From the NCBI GenBank assembly GCA_013265495.1, contig MU057744.1, forward strand, positions 496,001 through 560,000: a stretch of DNA of 64,000 nt. Direction: 5' to 3'. Positions 1-10,889 of this stretch are shown piece by piece. Position 1 is the first letter of the stretch. Each line of letters opens with the position of its first letter. A program made the translations under genes and the position numbers. The notes below the pieces were generated by a model. That model was not told where the DNA came from and searched no databases. It saw nothing but the letters and a program-made list of their open reading frames with translations. The DNA is from Vicugna vicugna (taxonomy: Eukaryota).

Positions 1-609
1 TTCAGTTTAATTTCCCCCCATTCCCTGACTTTCATGTGTGTCCCCGACACACTGACCACTTCCACTGCTTGCTTTCTTACACCTTTGAGTCCTGGCAATG
101 CTGGTTTCCTTCTGCCCTGGCCCAAGTCTAGAAAATTTCTGTTTTCTTTAAGATTTGGCTAAATCACTAGCATCTTTGGGAAACTGGGCCCATTTGCTCC
201 TCTGCTTCTCATTTTAGTCTGACCTATAAAACCTATATTATGAAACATACTTCATAGTGTCACAATTAAAAAGAAAAAATCACCTCTCTCTCCACCATGC
301 TATGAGTTCTTTAAGAGCCCATCTCATAAACATTTGTGTCTGGTATGTTGTAGAGGCTCAAAAAACATTAAATGGGACCTTATGTTTAGTGGGACATCAA
401 GAAAAACTGTGTGCTTATTAATCTGCTTAATTTTAAATATTTTAAAGAATGTGGCGAGGGCAGCTTGGTGTATGACTGGTTCCACTTAGAGGAAGAATTA
501 CAGAAAGCCTTGGCTTTTGAACATTTTTCCTGAATAACGAGTTTTCAAGGATCAGTTGATAGAGTGATCATTAAAAACTGCAAAAATACTGTCTGATATG
601 GAGTGATTT

Positions 610-1012
610 TGTTACGGAAATGACAGGCCAGCCAAGAAACAAGCACCACTCGGAGGGTTGGAGTACTCAGATTTATTACGCCGGCGGGCTCAGAGGGGCT
701 TCTGCTCCGAAGCTCTGAGCACCTCCAAGACGTGCACATGACATGAATTGTTGAGCTTGGATTTACGAGTTAGCTTGTTAGCCCAGTAAACTGACACTAA
801 ACTTTAGATTTACAAGTTAGCCCGGCAGAACTTATATCAGTAAACCGACACTTATCACACTTAGATTTGTGACTGAGCTCGTTAGCCCAATAGACTGACA
901 CTAAACTTCAGATTTATGAGTTAGCCCAGCAGAACTCAGATCAGTAATCCGACACTTGTTGCACTTAGATTTGTGACTTAGCTTGTTAGCCCAGCTGGGC
1001 TTTTCCTTCACA
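610..1012 (-). mobile_element. Solo ERV1-type LTR with 104-bp internal tandem repeat
   Basis: Minus strand reads TGTGAAGG...CCGTAACA; 4-bp TSD ATTT (606-609 and 1013-1016); AATAAA at 672-677 (-). Confidence 0.85.
760..994. repeat. ~2.3 copies of a 104-bp tandem unit in the LTR U3 region
   Basis: Units start at 760, 864 and 968 (gattt..gttagccc..ctgacactaaact..agattt..gttagccc..atcagtaa..cgacactt..cactta). Confidence 0.9.
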
Positions 1013-1521
1013 ATTTATTGCACAGAGAAAATACAAGGGTTTTCAGATTGAGAGAGACTCATTACTTATGGCACAATTCATCTCTTGAGTGATAACTACG
1101 TTTGGGGCCTTAAACAGGGGTCTAACTGAGCCATTCTGGGTGGATCTGCCAGGAACTGTTGTGATCCCTGGATGGACATGTGTACACAGCCCTGTCATTC
1201 TTATCCTATTTTTATATTTGTATAATAATTATCCTGAGATAAACATGGAGGAACTGTGATCTACTGACACACAGGACGAGAAAGAAAGAGACTCCTCAGG
1301 GGAAGTCAAGTAAGTTCACACCAAGGTAGGGAGTTTCTCAGCAAAGAAGAAGCTTGAGGAAATGTAAGTGAAGATAACCCAAGTGTGGGCTTCAGGCCCT
1401 GTGAAAGATGTTATCCAAAGACCGGGGAAGTAACCTAGGACTCAGTAGTTTGTTTTGAGTTAGGAAGTTTTCTTAAAAACAAAGAAACAAACAAATGAGA
1501 CATACAGTGTCCGTGCATCTG

Positions 1522-1620
1522 TCCACCTACCCATCCATCCATCCATCCATCCACCCATACTCCCATCTGTCCCTCCATCCATTCACCCATAGACCCATCT
1601 ATACACCCATCCATTCATCT
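1522..1620. repeat. (CCAT)n imperfect microsatellite
   Basis: ccatccatccatcc... with degenerate flanks. Confidence 0.85.
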
Positions 1621-2085
1621 TTCTTTCCCAGCATATACCTAATTGACTCTATTCCAATGATACTGTAATAAGCTGCTCAAAACATTCAGAATTTCCTCTT
1701 TTGGAACTACCTGCAGAATCACACTTTTTTCTTTTTTACTACCTTGTAATTGTACTTTGTTTTTGACTAAAACAATTATCACATATTTTATTTATCAGAT
1801 TCAGCTCTGAATGACTTTGTTTTCAAAACGCATATACGTTCACGGGAGAAAGATTTCCCAACATTGAGAATATTCAAAATAGTCAATTGTAATCGCTGAA
1901 AGAAATTTAACATCCAGAAATGCGGTAGAAAAGAGACCGCAGGTCTACAGAAAGCAATGGGCAAGAGGACGGCTCACTCAGGGGCACCAGTGTAAAGCAC
2001 ATGTACCTCTGAGGCAGAACTGAAGCGGGCTCTGTGAATGACGCCTGCACCCAGGACCAGAGAACGATGTTTGTGTATAAAGATG

Positions 2086-2620
2086 TGTGATAGAAAAGAA
2101 CTAATCTGACTCCCTATTAAATCTGTTCCTTTGGCTTTGACCCTGTGCTCTGCTCCCTAGGCTCAGTCCTGCTGGTTCTGCGCCTTTTGTAAAAGAATGT
2201 TGCCTGGAGCCTGAAGTACAAAGGAGAGCCCATTCTCCAGGCTCTGACCTTTAAGGATATTCACACTTTTCCATTCATACAAAGGTAAGTTGCAGAGGAG
2301 AAAATACCGGTCTGTTTTGCTGGAGGTTTACAGGGACACCATGACCTGGCCCACGTGGACGGCTGCAAGAACAAAGGATTCCAAGAACAAAGAATTCCTA
2401 CACCAAGAGACTTGCAACAACCAACCACACCCCCTCCCCTTTTTAGTGTAAAAGGAGGACAGACATAGAAATGGGGAAGATGGTTCTCCAGGACCTCGGT
2501 CTGCCATCCTCTCGGTCTGCCGGCTTTCTGAGTAAAGTCGCTATTCCTTGTCCCAACACCTCGTCTCCCGATTTATTGGCCTGCCGTGTGGCGAGCAGAA
2601 CGAGTTTGGACTTGGGAACA
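2086..2620 (+). mobile_element. Solo ERV1-type LTR
   Basis: TGTGATAG...TTGGGAACA termini; perfect 4-bp TSD GATG (2082-2085 and 2621-2624); AGTAAA poly(A)-like signal followed by U5-like sequence. Confidence 0.85.
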
Positions 2621-3784
2621 GATGCACAGGCTAGAAAGGTGTGGAAGACCCTGTTCTTTCAGTCTCAGCTCCAGGCTGGGAGGCATCAGATCTCACAAGG
2701 GTGTTCTCCAGACCATCCTTAAATATAAAATAGATGTTTCATTCTCATCCAGCTAGGAATACCCATAAGGAGATTTTACTTGTAATAAAATGCTACTCTG
2801 TACATACAGTATTGTCTCTAGAAAGCACAGGATGAAGTTAGCTAACTGACCATCTATATTTAGATCATCCCAACAGGGGCGAACATTAGAGTTTTCCCTG
2901 GAGTCTCAGAAAAGATGGTCTTTTTCTCTTAATGCTTGAAACCAGATTCCAGTGACTTTTTTAAAAGCTCTTTTGGCAAAATTAAAATGAGAATGAAAGA
3001 ATGACTGACTGTTAGCAGCCTTCAGAAGTTTTAGTAAGACCAGTTTAATTCACTTTGGGCCTGAGCCAAACTTTGCCACGAAACGCTCTCCCCTAAACTC
3101 GCCTCTCATTACCTTTGCCCGTGAGAGGAGACGCAAGCTCGGCGCGGGAGCAGGAATATCGCAGCCCGGTCTCAAGCGGTCTCCCAGTCCTTTTGGTCTC
3201 AAAGGACACACTGTATTATTTAATTTGTCTTCAATAGCTGAGTTGCAACCCAGTGTCCCCAACGGGGCAGGGTGTGTTTTTCTGTTTAGGTCACATAACA
3301 CACGGCAAAATTAGTGGCACCGCCTTCCCAGTTCAGTGTAGGTTCACTTGTGTGTATTTTGTATCCCAAATGTAGCAGCTTTTTAAACGGTGGAGTTTAA
3401 AACTGGGCCATAATCTGGGGGAAACAGCTGGTAAATACTGTTTGCATTGATGCTCTGTGTGTGAAGCTCCAGAATACCAGTTTGTGCTCAGCCTGAAACC
3501 TCTTCTGCTTCCCTTTGACCGCAGCCCTGAGTTTGTTTTCATCCCCTCTGCACACCCCCCGACTGCCGCTGCTTCCCAGTGGGTCGTCCTCATTGCAAAG
3601 GCTTTCAGCCTGTGGTATTTGAAATGCTGTGGCTTCGTAGACTATGGAGTGTTATCCTGATATATGTAATAGAGCTGTCCAAGAACTGGACAGAGTAGAA
3701 ACAAATGGGGGCCTTCTGCCTCCAATTTGGGACACCCTGGAAATAGCTGAAGGGTCATCAGCGAGGAAAGAGTAACATGGATAA

Positions 3785-4338
3785 TCTAAACCGCCACCAC
3801 GTCCACCGGCAGATGGCTGGATAAAGAAGCCGCGGCGTATTTACACAACAGAATGCTCCTCTCCACAAAAAAGAATAAAACAATGCCATTTGTAGCAACA
3901 TGGATGGACCTGGCATCATCATTCTAAGTGAAGTAAGCCAGAAAAAGAGAAAAAAAATACCATGTGATATCACTTATATGTGGAACTTAAAAAAAACAGA
4001 CACAAATGAACTTATTTACAAAACAGAAACAGACTGACAGACATAGAAAACAAGCTTGTGGTTACCAGTGGGGAAAGGGGGTGGGAAGGGATAAATTGGG
4101 AGTTTGGGGTTTGCAGATACAAACTACTACATAAAATAGATACACAACAGAAAGTCCTACTGCACAGCACAGGTACTCTATTCAGTATCTCGTAGTGACC
4201 TGTGGCGGAAAAGGATATGAAAAGGAACACACGTGTGTCCACGGATGACTGAAACAGGATGCTGTGCACCAGAAATGGACACAACATGGTAAACTGACTA
4301 GACTTCAGTTAAAAAAAAAAAGAAGTTAAAGAAAAAAC
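3785..4338 (+). mobile_element. L1 3' end fragment with poly(A) tail
   Basis: Typical ORF2-end/3'UTR motifs (gcaacatggatggacctgg...taagtgaagtaagccaga...atatgtggaac) ending in an A-rich tail. Confidence 0.9.
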
Positions 4339-4429
4339 ACTTCCAAAAACAAACTTCGAATAGTTTCAGTCCCCAAGTGTGAAGCCACTGAGTTGCTCTC
4401 CTCCCCACTCTGCTAAACCTTGACTCTGT

Positions 4430-4866
4430 GGTTCCTCTCTACCTTTTGAGTTTAATTGTGATGCATCCTTGGTGTGGGTTCCTCTCTGGGCATTCGGATC
4501 TGGACTTCCGTTTTCTTCCCCAGGTCAGGGACGTCTTCGCCCCTTTTCCTCTCTCTTCTCCGCTGGGTCCCTCTAAGGCAGATCTTGGTTGCGGGACGTT
4601 TCCCACGAGCCCTGGTGCCCTCCTCACTCCCGTTCTCTATTCCTTCCCTGCTCTGGTTGGATGAATTCCGCTGCCTCCCTGTCTCTGAGTTCACCGCTTC
4701 ATCTTGTCTGCTGCGGAGCCCTTTGCTGCATTTTTCAGTTCAGTTTTGATTATCTTCATTCATCTCATTCATTCTCCAGCTCTGTGATTTCTGTTTGGCG
4801 CCTTCTTGTGTTTTCTTTCTCTTTGTTGAAATTCTCACTTTGTTCCCGCGCTGTGCTCCTTGCAAA
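4430..4866 (-). mobile_element. Old L1, ORF1-region fragment (interrupted by the ERV)
   Basis: T-rich + strand with L1 ORF1 antisense phrasing (ctccagctctgtgatttctgtttgg...ctttgttgaaattctcactttgttc); stops at the LTR TG. Confidence 0.7.
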
Positions 4867-5335
4867 TGTCAGCAACAAAAGAGCCCTTGACCAACAACCA
4901 AAGAAAGAAAGAAACGGAAAATCGGACCTGAGACCAACTGAGGCTCATCACCCGAGAGACAGCCCCTCGGAGCTCTGAGCGCTGCTCTGAAGTGGTCGGG
5001 GGAGAGCAGTACATACGTGAGTTTGGCAAAGCAGTGTGTGCGATCAAGCACACATCTAAGCAGAAAGAGGCTGCCAGCCACGAGGAGCAGACACTTCACT
5101 TCATGGTCTTCGTGCTTTTCTAAGTATGGCAGGAGGCAAGGATCCAGGTTTATGAAAAATTTCTCCTGAAAATACCTACCTCACCAAGGGCCTGTTCTGT
5201 CCGTTTTCCCGGAGCACAGAGGCCTCCCCCCGATCTTCACCCTGAACGCCTTGCACGGTGCGTCTGGGGCAGCGCCCGCAGCGGCTGGTGGCCTGACCCT
5301 TGTAGCACTGGGAGGCGGGCGACACTCACTTTACA
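4867..5335 (-). mobile_element. ERV1-type LTR-A (MER41-like), 3' LTR of the composite element
   Basis: Minus strand TGTAAAG...GCTGACA; immediately preceded on the minus strand by a purine tract AAAGCGAAGGGAC (5336-5348). Confidence 0.75.
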
Positions 5336-8140
5336 GTCCCTTCGCTTTGGGTCTTCATTTCCACTGAGGTTTGGGAGGCATTGAGTGACCAGCTGGTCCC
5401 ACGGGGCTAGGAATGCTCACTCCCAGGTCTGCCAAGGATTTCAGTGGTGGGCACCCACTGCGCTGTTCCTGGACTAGGCGCTGTTAACAGAGACCAAACG
5501 CCTCTGGGCCGCCCGTGCTACTAGCCTGTTATGGTCCAGGAAACGGTTTCTTCTTGTTGCTTTTCCCCAAACCCGAGTTACACCATTACAATCATTGGTT
5601 TTACAGAAATACATATTTGGGCAATCATTTCAAGTCAGCTGATCATCAGTTTCATCCGAGGCTCAGTCACACACTTGGTAACGCAAGAAACAATAACCTG
5701 TAAAACAGGCAGAATGCTAGTACACAGCTGGCGACATCACTAAGGTCGTAGCAAGTAACTAGTTAAGCTACGAACTTCCATCAGGTGTAGCCCGCGAGCT
5801 CCCTGCGGCTTCTGGCCGGGCGGCTCGGCACCCACGGGGTCCTTAAGGGAGATGGTATGTGGGCATTGCACACAAAGGTCACCAGAGATGTCTGCACGTA
5901 AACAGTGGGTGGGGGGTGGGTGTGACCCCGGACAGGACTGAGGAAGGAACGTGACCTTCCAGGGAGCTACACGCCGGTGCCCGGAGGCGGCCATGGGGGT
6001 TGGTTAACCACAGTACACATGCACAGTGCACACTCAAGGGGAGGGAGGGGCCCAAACGGGCAGAGAAATCGCTTTTACGTTTTTTCTTCTCTGGCCTTAG
6101 AATGTGGATTTTTATTTCATCCCCGCATGGTGAGCATATTTACGCCTCTTTATCAGGTAAATCACTAATCTCTGTTCCATCAAGGTATTTTTCTGAGCTT
6201 TTAGTGTGTTTTCTGCCTGGAATGTATTCCCGTTTCTTCTTTTTCCTCGACTCGGTGCTGGTTTCCGAGCCCTAGCTAAAACAGCCCCCTTTCCCAGCCT
6301 CGGAGGAGTGGCTGGAGGTGAACTGTGTTCAGCTCTGCCCCAGGTCCGGGTGCTGTGGACCCGTGTGGGTGTGCCGTGTGCAGAAGCAGCTTTAGGTCAA
6401 CAAGTCAGTCTGGTCTGGGGCATCTTCAGGTGAGACTTCCTGGTACCTTCCATCCCTGACACCTCTTTGATGTCGCATTCCCTCTTGGAGAGGAGGCCCC
6501 TTTGGGCTGTTAACACCAGGAACGTGGTGGGTAGCTGCTCTCTACCCCCAGTTCCCCCGGCTCTCCTCCTGCTTCTAAGGTAACCCAGGGCTCATCAGGG
6601 GAGGCTGAGGGGATGTTTTGAGGACCAGCTGAGGAGCGGGAGCTGAAAGGAAGGGGTTTGGCTCAGGCCTTGCCCTCTGGGGACAGTGATGGCATCCCTG
6701 CTTCCTCCCACTAAGTGCACCGATGAGGCCCCAGCTTGGATGGTGGCCCTGTGTCCCACGTTGGGGGCAGAGGGCGCTCACCCATGACATTTCTCATTCT
6801 CTCCTCCGGGGCTGCCTGGGGTGGCCCCCAGCCCCACTGCAAACAGGGCAGCCGGCTTCCTCACCTTCTGGCCTTCTTTTTTTCTTCTGCCACATCTTGG
6901 TTCTTGAAAACCCGAAAGACCCCTTCAACCAGCTGGGAGGCAGGGGTATCAGGCCCTCCTGCCATCTTTGGAAGTTGGCCGTAATTATTGGGAGCACGGG
7001 CAGCAAAGGGAAATTGAAGGGGTCTTCAGGGGGTCCTTTCAAAACAGGGAGTATGGTCTTCCTCTCCAAGTTAGACCACCGAGTACACTTAAGCCTGCAT
7101 TCCTCCTGGAGCCCCTGGCCCTAGTCCAGGACCATAAAGCACTGGGCACGGGGAATCTCACGTCTCTCCTCTCTCGCAGAGTGAGTCTAGCTGGAGCCTG
7201 GTGGTGTAATTTAGGGAGCCGCTTTCTGGCTGTTTCTCCTGTTCACCTAGCTGGTGTCGTGGCCAGACAGTCTTACAGAAGGAAGTAAGTTGTTCTTGCG
7301 TTGGTGGGGCAGTCACAGAGTTTCCAGACCCAGGATGCACCCTAATGGGCCCCTGGGAGGACTGATGGCGGCTTGCTCACAACCTCAGCTCTGGGGTGAG
7401 GCTCTGTCCCCAGCTGCCCAGAGGCCTGTAACAGGGCTGCTGGAGACAGATTCGGCTCCTCTTAGCTCACTGAAGTTCCCTTCTCTAGACAGTTGCTGTG
7501 TGAGTTCTCCCAGCGGGTAGTTTAGCAGAGCACACGCAGGTTCTGCAGGTACTGAGCTGGCGCCACCCCCCCCCAAATAATTCAAGTTGCCAGGATCCTC
7601 CTAGGAAAGTCCAACCAGGGCCCCCTAACGAGGGTCACAACCGGGAAGAGAGACACAGACGGTCTCACTGAGGCCTGTAAGGATCGGCTGTCCTGCTCAG
7701 CCTCCAGGACCCGGGAAGACAGGGCTGGAGCTAGTAGTTTCCACTTTGTCAAAAACCCAAGAACTGATGGTGACACACGAACGCACCACCGACAGACACG
7801 GCCGCACAGACCGAAGGCCGGACAGGCAGAGCCCGGCACTTCCACTCCCCCTCCGAGCCGAGGCCTCCGAACCAGACTAGCTCGGCTCCAGAAGGGAATG
7901 GTCCAGACGGGCCCCCTTCCCGCTAGGGCGTGAGCCCGGACAGAGTGGGGAGTCCCAGCCTGTGCGGCCGGACTGACTCACCCGAGCTGGAACCGGAGGC
8001 TGACCAGACATCAGGATGTTCCGCCTCGGGGTTCCTTGGAGCAAAATGACCCCAGCAGCTGCTGGGACCCAGGGAAGGGGCAGCCCCTGGCCAGGGCCAA
8101 CCTGCCGCGGGCACAGGCTGCCGGCTGGTGCCCCAGAAAC
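5336..8140 (-). mobile_element. ERV1 internal region (non-autonomous, decayed)
   Basis: Starts with PBS-like GTTTCTGGGGCACC next to LTR-B, has a GC-rich leader and gag remnants, and ends in a PPT before LTR-A. Confidence 0.75.
6690..7365 (-). pseudogene. Decayed class I ERV gag (matrix plus NC zinc-knuckle remnant; capsid largely missing)
   Basis: PLGCIL (~7335-7352) then QLTSFCKTVWPRHQLGEQEKQPESGSLNYTTRLQLDSLCERGE (ORF 7158-7340), resembling the class I gag MA motif LIFFCNTAWPQY..GEKWP.NGSLNYNTILQLDLFC. LGPHRCT*WEEAG near 6700-6735 resembles a broken CX2CX4H knuckle. Confidence 0.75.
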
Positions 8141-8686
8141 TGCTGCCGAACCCAAGTTTGCGTGCCTGGTGCACAGCGAGACCAAACCAACAGCAACGCC
8201 GGAGTCTGGAGCAGAGAAAGGTTTGTGGCCGGGCCGAGCCAGGACAGGCAGCTCGTGCTCCAAAGACCCGTCTCCACGATGGTGCTCAAGACAAAGCTTT
8301 TCAAAGATGGTTTTAGGACAGAGGGTCGTAGGATGTGTGATCAGCTCGTGGACCTTCTGATTGGTTGGTGGTGAGGTAACAGGGTGATGTTTCAAGAATC
8401 TCAACCTTCTGGTTCCAGCCAATCTGGGCTCTACGAGCTGGTGGCCAGCGTGCAGCTCCCGTCCTCTGCTGGGTGGGGGCCCACTTTTCTGGAGAACAGC
8501 TCAAAGCTGTGCCTCCAATTGCTCTGTGTATCCCTTCGGGAGGAACCGGCAGTCCTGGGTCTATTCTAGCCTTGAGCCCGCTCTGTGGGACTCAGGGAGG
8601 CCTAGGAGACTGAAGCCTTTTTTCTACAAACAAGAAACAGGGACAGGGAAGGGCTTCTGTACCTGGGAGAGTCCTGTGTGGTTTCA
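8141..8686 (-). mobile_element. ERV1-type LTR-B (internal LTR of the composite element)
   Basis: Minus strand TGAAACC...GGTTCGGCAGCA; PPT AAAAGGGAGGAC directly upstream (8687-8698), PBS-like sequence directly downstream; shares the GCTGATCACAC core with the LTR at 19089. Confidence 0.8.
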
Positions 8687-9542
8687 GTCCTCCCTTTTGG
8701 GGATACCCCTCGATCCTGTGGGAAACAGAGGCAGGATAAGACGAGGAATAAGGTTTTGGGTAGAGAAGTTAATCGTAAACCCGGCAGAGGAACCTGGTTT
8801 TAGGGGGACTTGGCTCTCAAACCTCCTTCTGTGCAAGCAGCCTGCTTTCTTCTCCGAGGCCCGGGTAGTGGGGGTGTTCTGAAGGGAGGGTCTCCATCAG
8901 CACTGAGATGCAGGCTGACTGGAAGCTGGACCCCCAGGCAGCAGCTTTTAAAGTTCATGAACGTACCCCTTTCAGGGGAGCCTGGGAGATGGGCGTTTCT
9001 GTCTGGTCCTTCTGCTCTGAGCCCCGGGGTGTTAGCCAGTTAGAAAGTGTTTCTTTGCTACTGTTTCCCAGTGAGTCCGTGAACACAAGGCTGCCACCAG
9101 AGCCAGGCTTCAAGGGACATGTCCTCTGGGTGGCAGACCCAAGGGCGGGGGTGCTGGAGAGGCTCACAGGTCCCTTCTCCGAGACACCAGGCAAGGGAGA
9201 GATGTGACACCCATGGGCCCTCCGGACTCCAGAGAGGACTCCAGTTGGCCTCTTTCATGGAAAGTCTGGGGGTTTGCTGCCCGAGGGACCCGGGCATGCA
9301 AGCCTGAGGGCCCCCAGAACCAGGTGATGGGGGGTACCCCCGGGGGGAGCCGCAAAAACCCGAACGCGCACAACCCGGTTTCCGGGGACAGGTGGGGTGG
9401 GCAGAGACGGTGCGGCCGCCTCCCATCTCGGAGAGCAGCGCAGGGGCCCCTCAGGCTGCAGCTCCTGAGATAAGCAACAGGCCTCTTCCCAGGAGGACTG
9501 GGCACGTGCTGGGCCTGGGACCTTAGCTCGGGGTCCAGAAAC
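8687..9542 (-). mobile_element. Short ERV internal segment (leader plus PPT end), no 5' LTR visible
   Basis: Begins GTTTCTGG like the other internal segment; ends in a PPT. Confidence 0.55.
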
Positions 9543-9544
9543 TT

Positions 9545-9918
9545 TAAGATCCGTTTCCCAATCTGCTACAGCTTGTGGGTCTTGTGGACGCGCTGGCTTT
9601 CAAAGCTGGATGTTTGGGGGGTCCATCTCTCAGACGGAGGTTGTAAAAGTCGGGGTGCCCGATGTGGGGTTCAAACCACCTGCTCGGCGGGGAGAAGCTG
9701 GGGGCTGTGTGCCCATCTCCAGTTGTGGGCTGCTGTGCTGGGAGTGGGGCTGCCGGTGACTGTGTCTCCTATACCCAGATTCTGGGAGTCGCTGAGCTCA
9801 TCTGGGGGTTCCTCTCCGAGGGAACTGTTCTGCTGTAGCTGCAGACACAGTGTGTCCGTACGGGAGGTGGAGGGGTGTGCACAGGGCCCTCCCGTGTCAC
9901 CGTCTGGAACCAGAGCAC
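9545..9918 (-). mobile_element. L1 5' UTR / 5' end fragment
   Basis: ctttcaaagctggatgtttggggg...aaaagtcggggtgcccgatgtggggttcaaacc...ccgtctggaaccagagc resembles the antisense of a laurasiatherian L1 5' end (recalled). Confidence 0.7.
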
Positions 9919-9999
9919 CTTGGAGCTCTTCTGTCTGATTCAGAGCATGAACAGGTCATCCACAAGAGCGAGAAGCAGATGCCCAGGAGCGGCTCTGAG

Positions 10000-10650
10000 A
10001 GCTGGAGGAACCCCCTCCCCGCCGCCCCCCCCCCCGCACGGGCGTGCGCAGAACCGGCCATCCACCGGGGCGGCGAGCAGAGGGGTCAGCCTGGGACAGC
10101 TGGGCCGGCAGCTCACGCTGGTAGACGCTGCTCCCGAGCTCTTTCGGGGACAGACACCCAGAAGCAGGTGTGCTCCGTCTCGAGCATCCTTAATGCTGCA
10201 GGTTCAAAGCAGAAGACAGACTAGGCCCGGCTTCCTGGAGTGCTGCTGGGTGGCCTCACTCACCGTTGGCAAGACCCCGAGAGGAGCTGAGGTCTCGGTT
10301 CCCTGATGCCCCCGCCCCAGGCCTTGGCCCGCGTCCTGCCTGGAACACACCTGCGCCACCTTTACCCGTCGAATCTCCGCGACAGAAAGTGACTTTCTCG
10401 GGGGCCTTCCCAGAACCCCCTTCTTCTTGTTACCTCCCCTCAGAGGACCCTGCACGCTTCGTTCCCAGCACTTAGCCCCGTTTTGTAACTTCACTCACTA
10501 CGTCACTGACACCGAGCTCCTCTGCAGCCTGTGACCCCCGGGAGTGCGGGAACCGCGGCGCCGCCAGCCCTTCGCCGGTGCCCGGTGCCCGGTGCCCGGT
10601 ACTCGGGCGGGGCCGGAACGCGATGCCACTGGAGGGGTGGGGGAGGGAGA
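10000..10650. other. CpG/GC-rich patch downstream of the LYST poly(A) site
   Basis: Dense CpG; near-(CCGGTGC)x3 at ~10575-10599; GC box GGGCGGGGC at ~10604. Confidence 0.5.
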
Positions 10651-10889
10651 GATGCTCCTTTTTCAGCAGCGAGTGGTCTGACCTTGGGACTAATATCTAA
10701 ACGGCATTTGACAGTAGTGAAAGTTGAAATACATAATGTCTCACCAAGCCCACTATTAAGAAATGAAAGTTACCCTTTTTAGCAACATAAATTTACAGGA
10801 GAGCTAGAGAGAGAACTTATACGGGTTATTAAAAAAGCCATCAACCTGAGGCCTGGCCATAATATTTAACTTGTGTTAAGAGTAGTCCT

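Noticed and set aside
760..994. Regularly spaced repeats resembling a CRISPR array
   Set aside because: Whole 104-bp units repeat with no unique spacers, inside a TSD-bounded mammalian LTR.
1..3780. Expected 5' end of the neighbouring gene (GNG4 by recalled human synteny)
   Set aside because: No convincing CpG island or exon recognised; probably lies left of the window.
7877..8422. Longest ORF in the track (181 aa, minus strand)
   Set aside because: Spans LTR-B and the ERV leader; GC-rich chance ORF with no recognisable domain.
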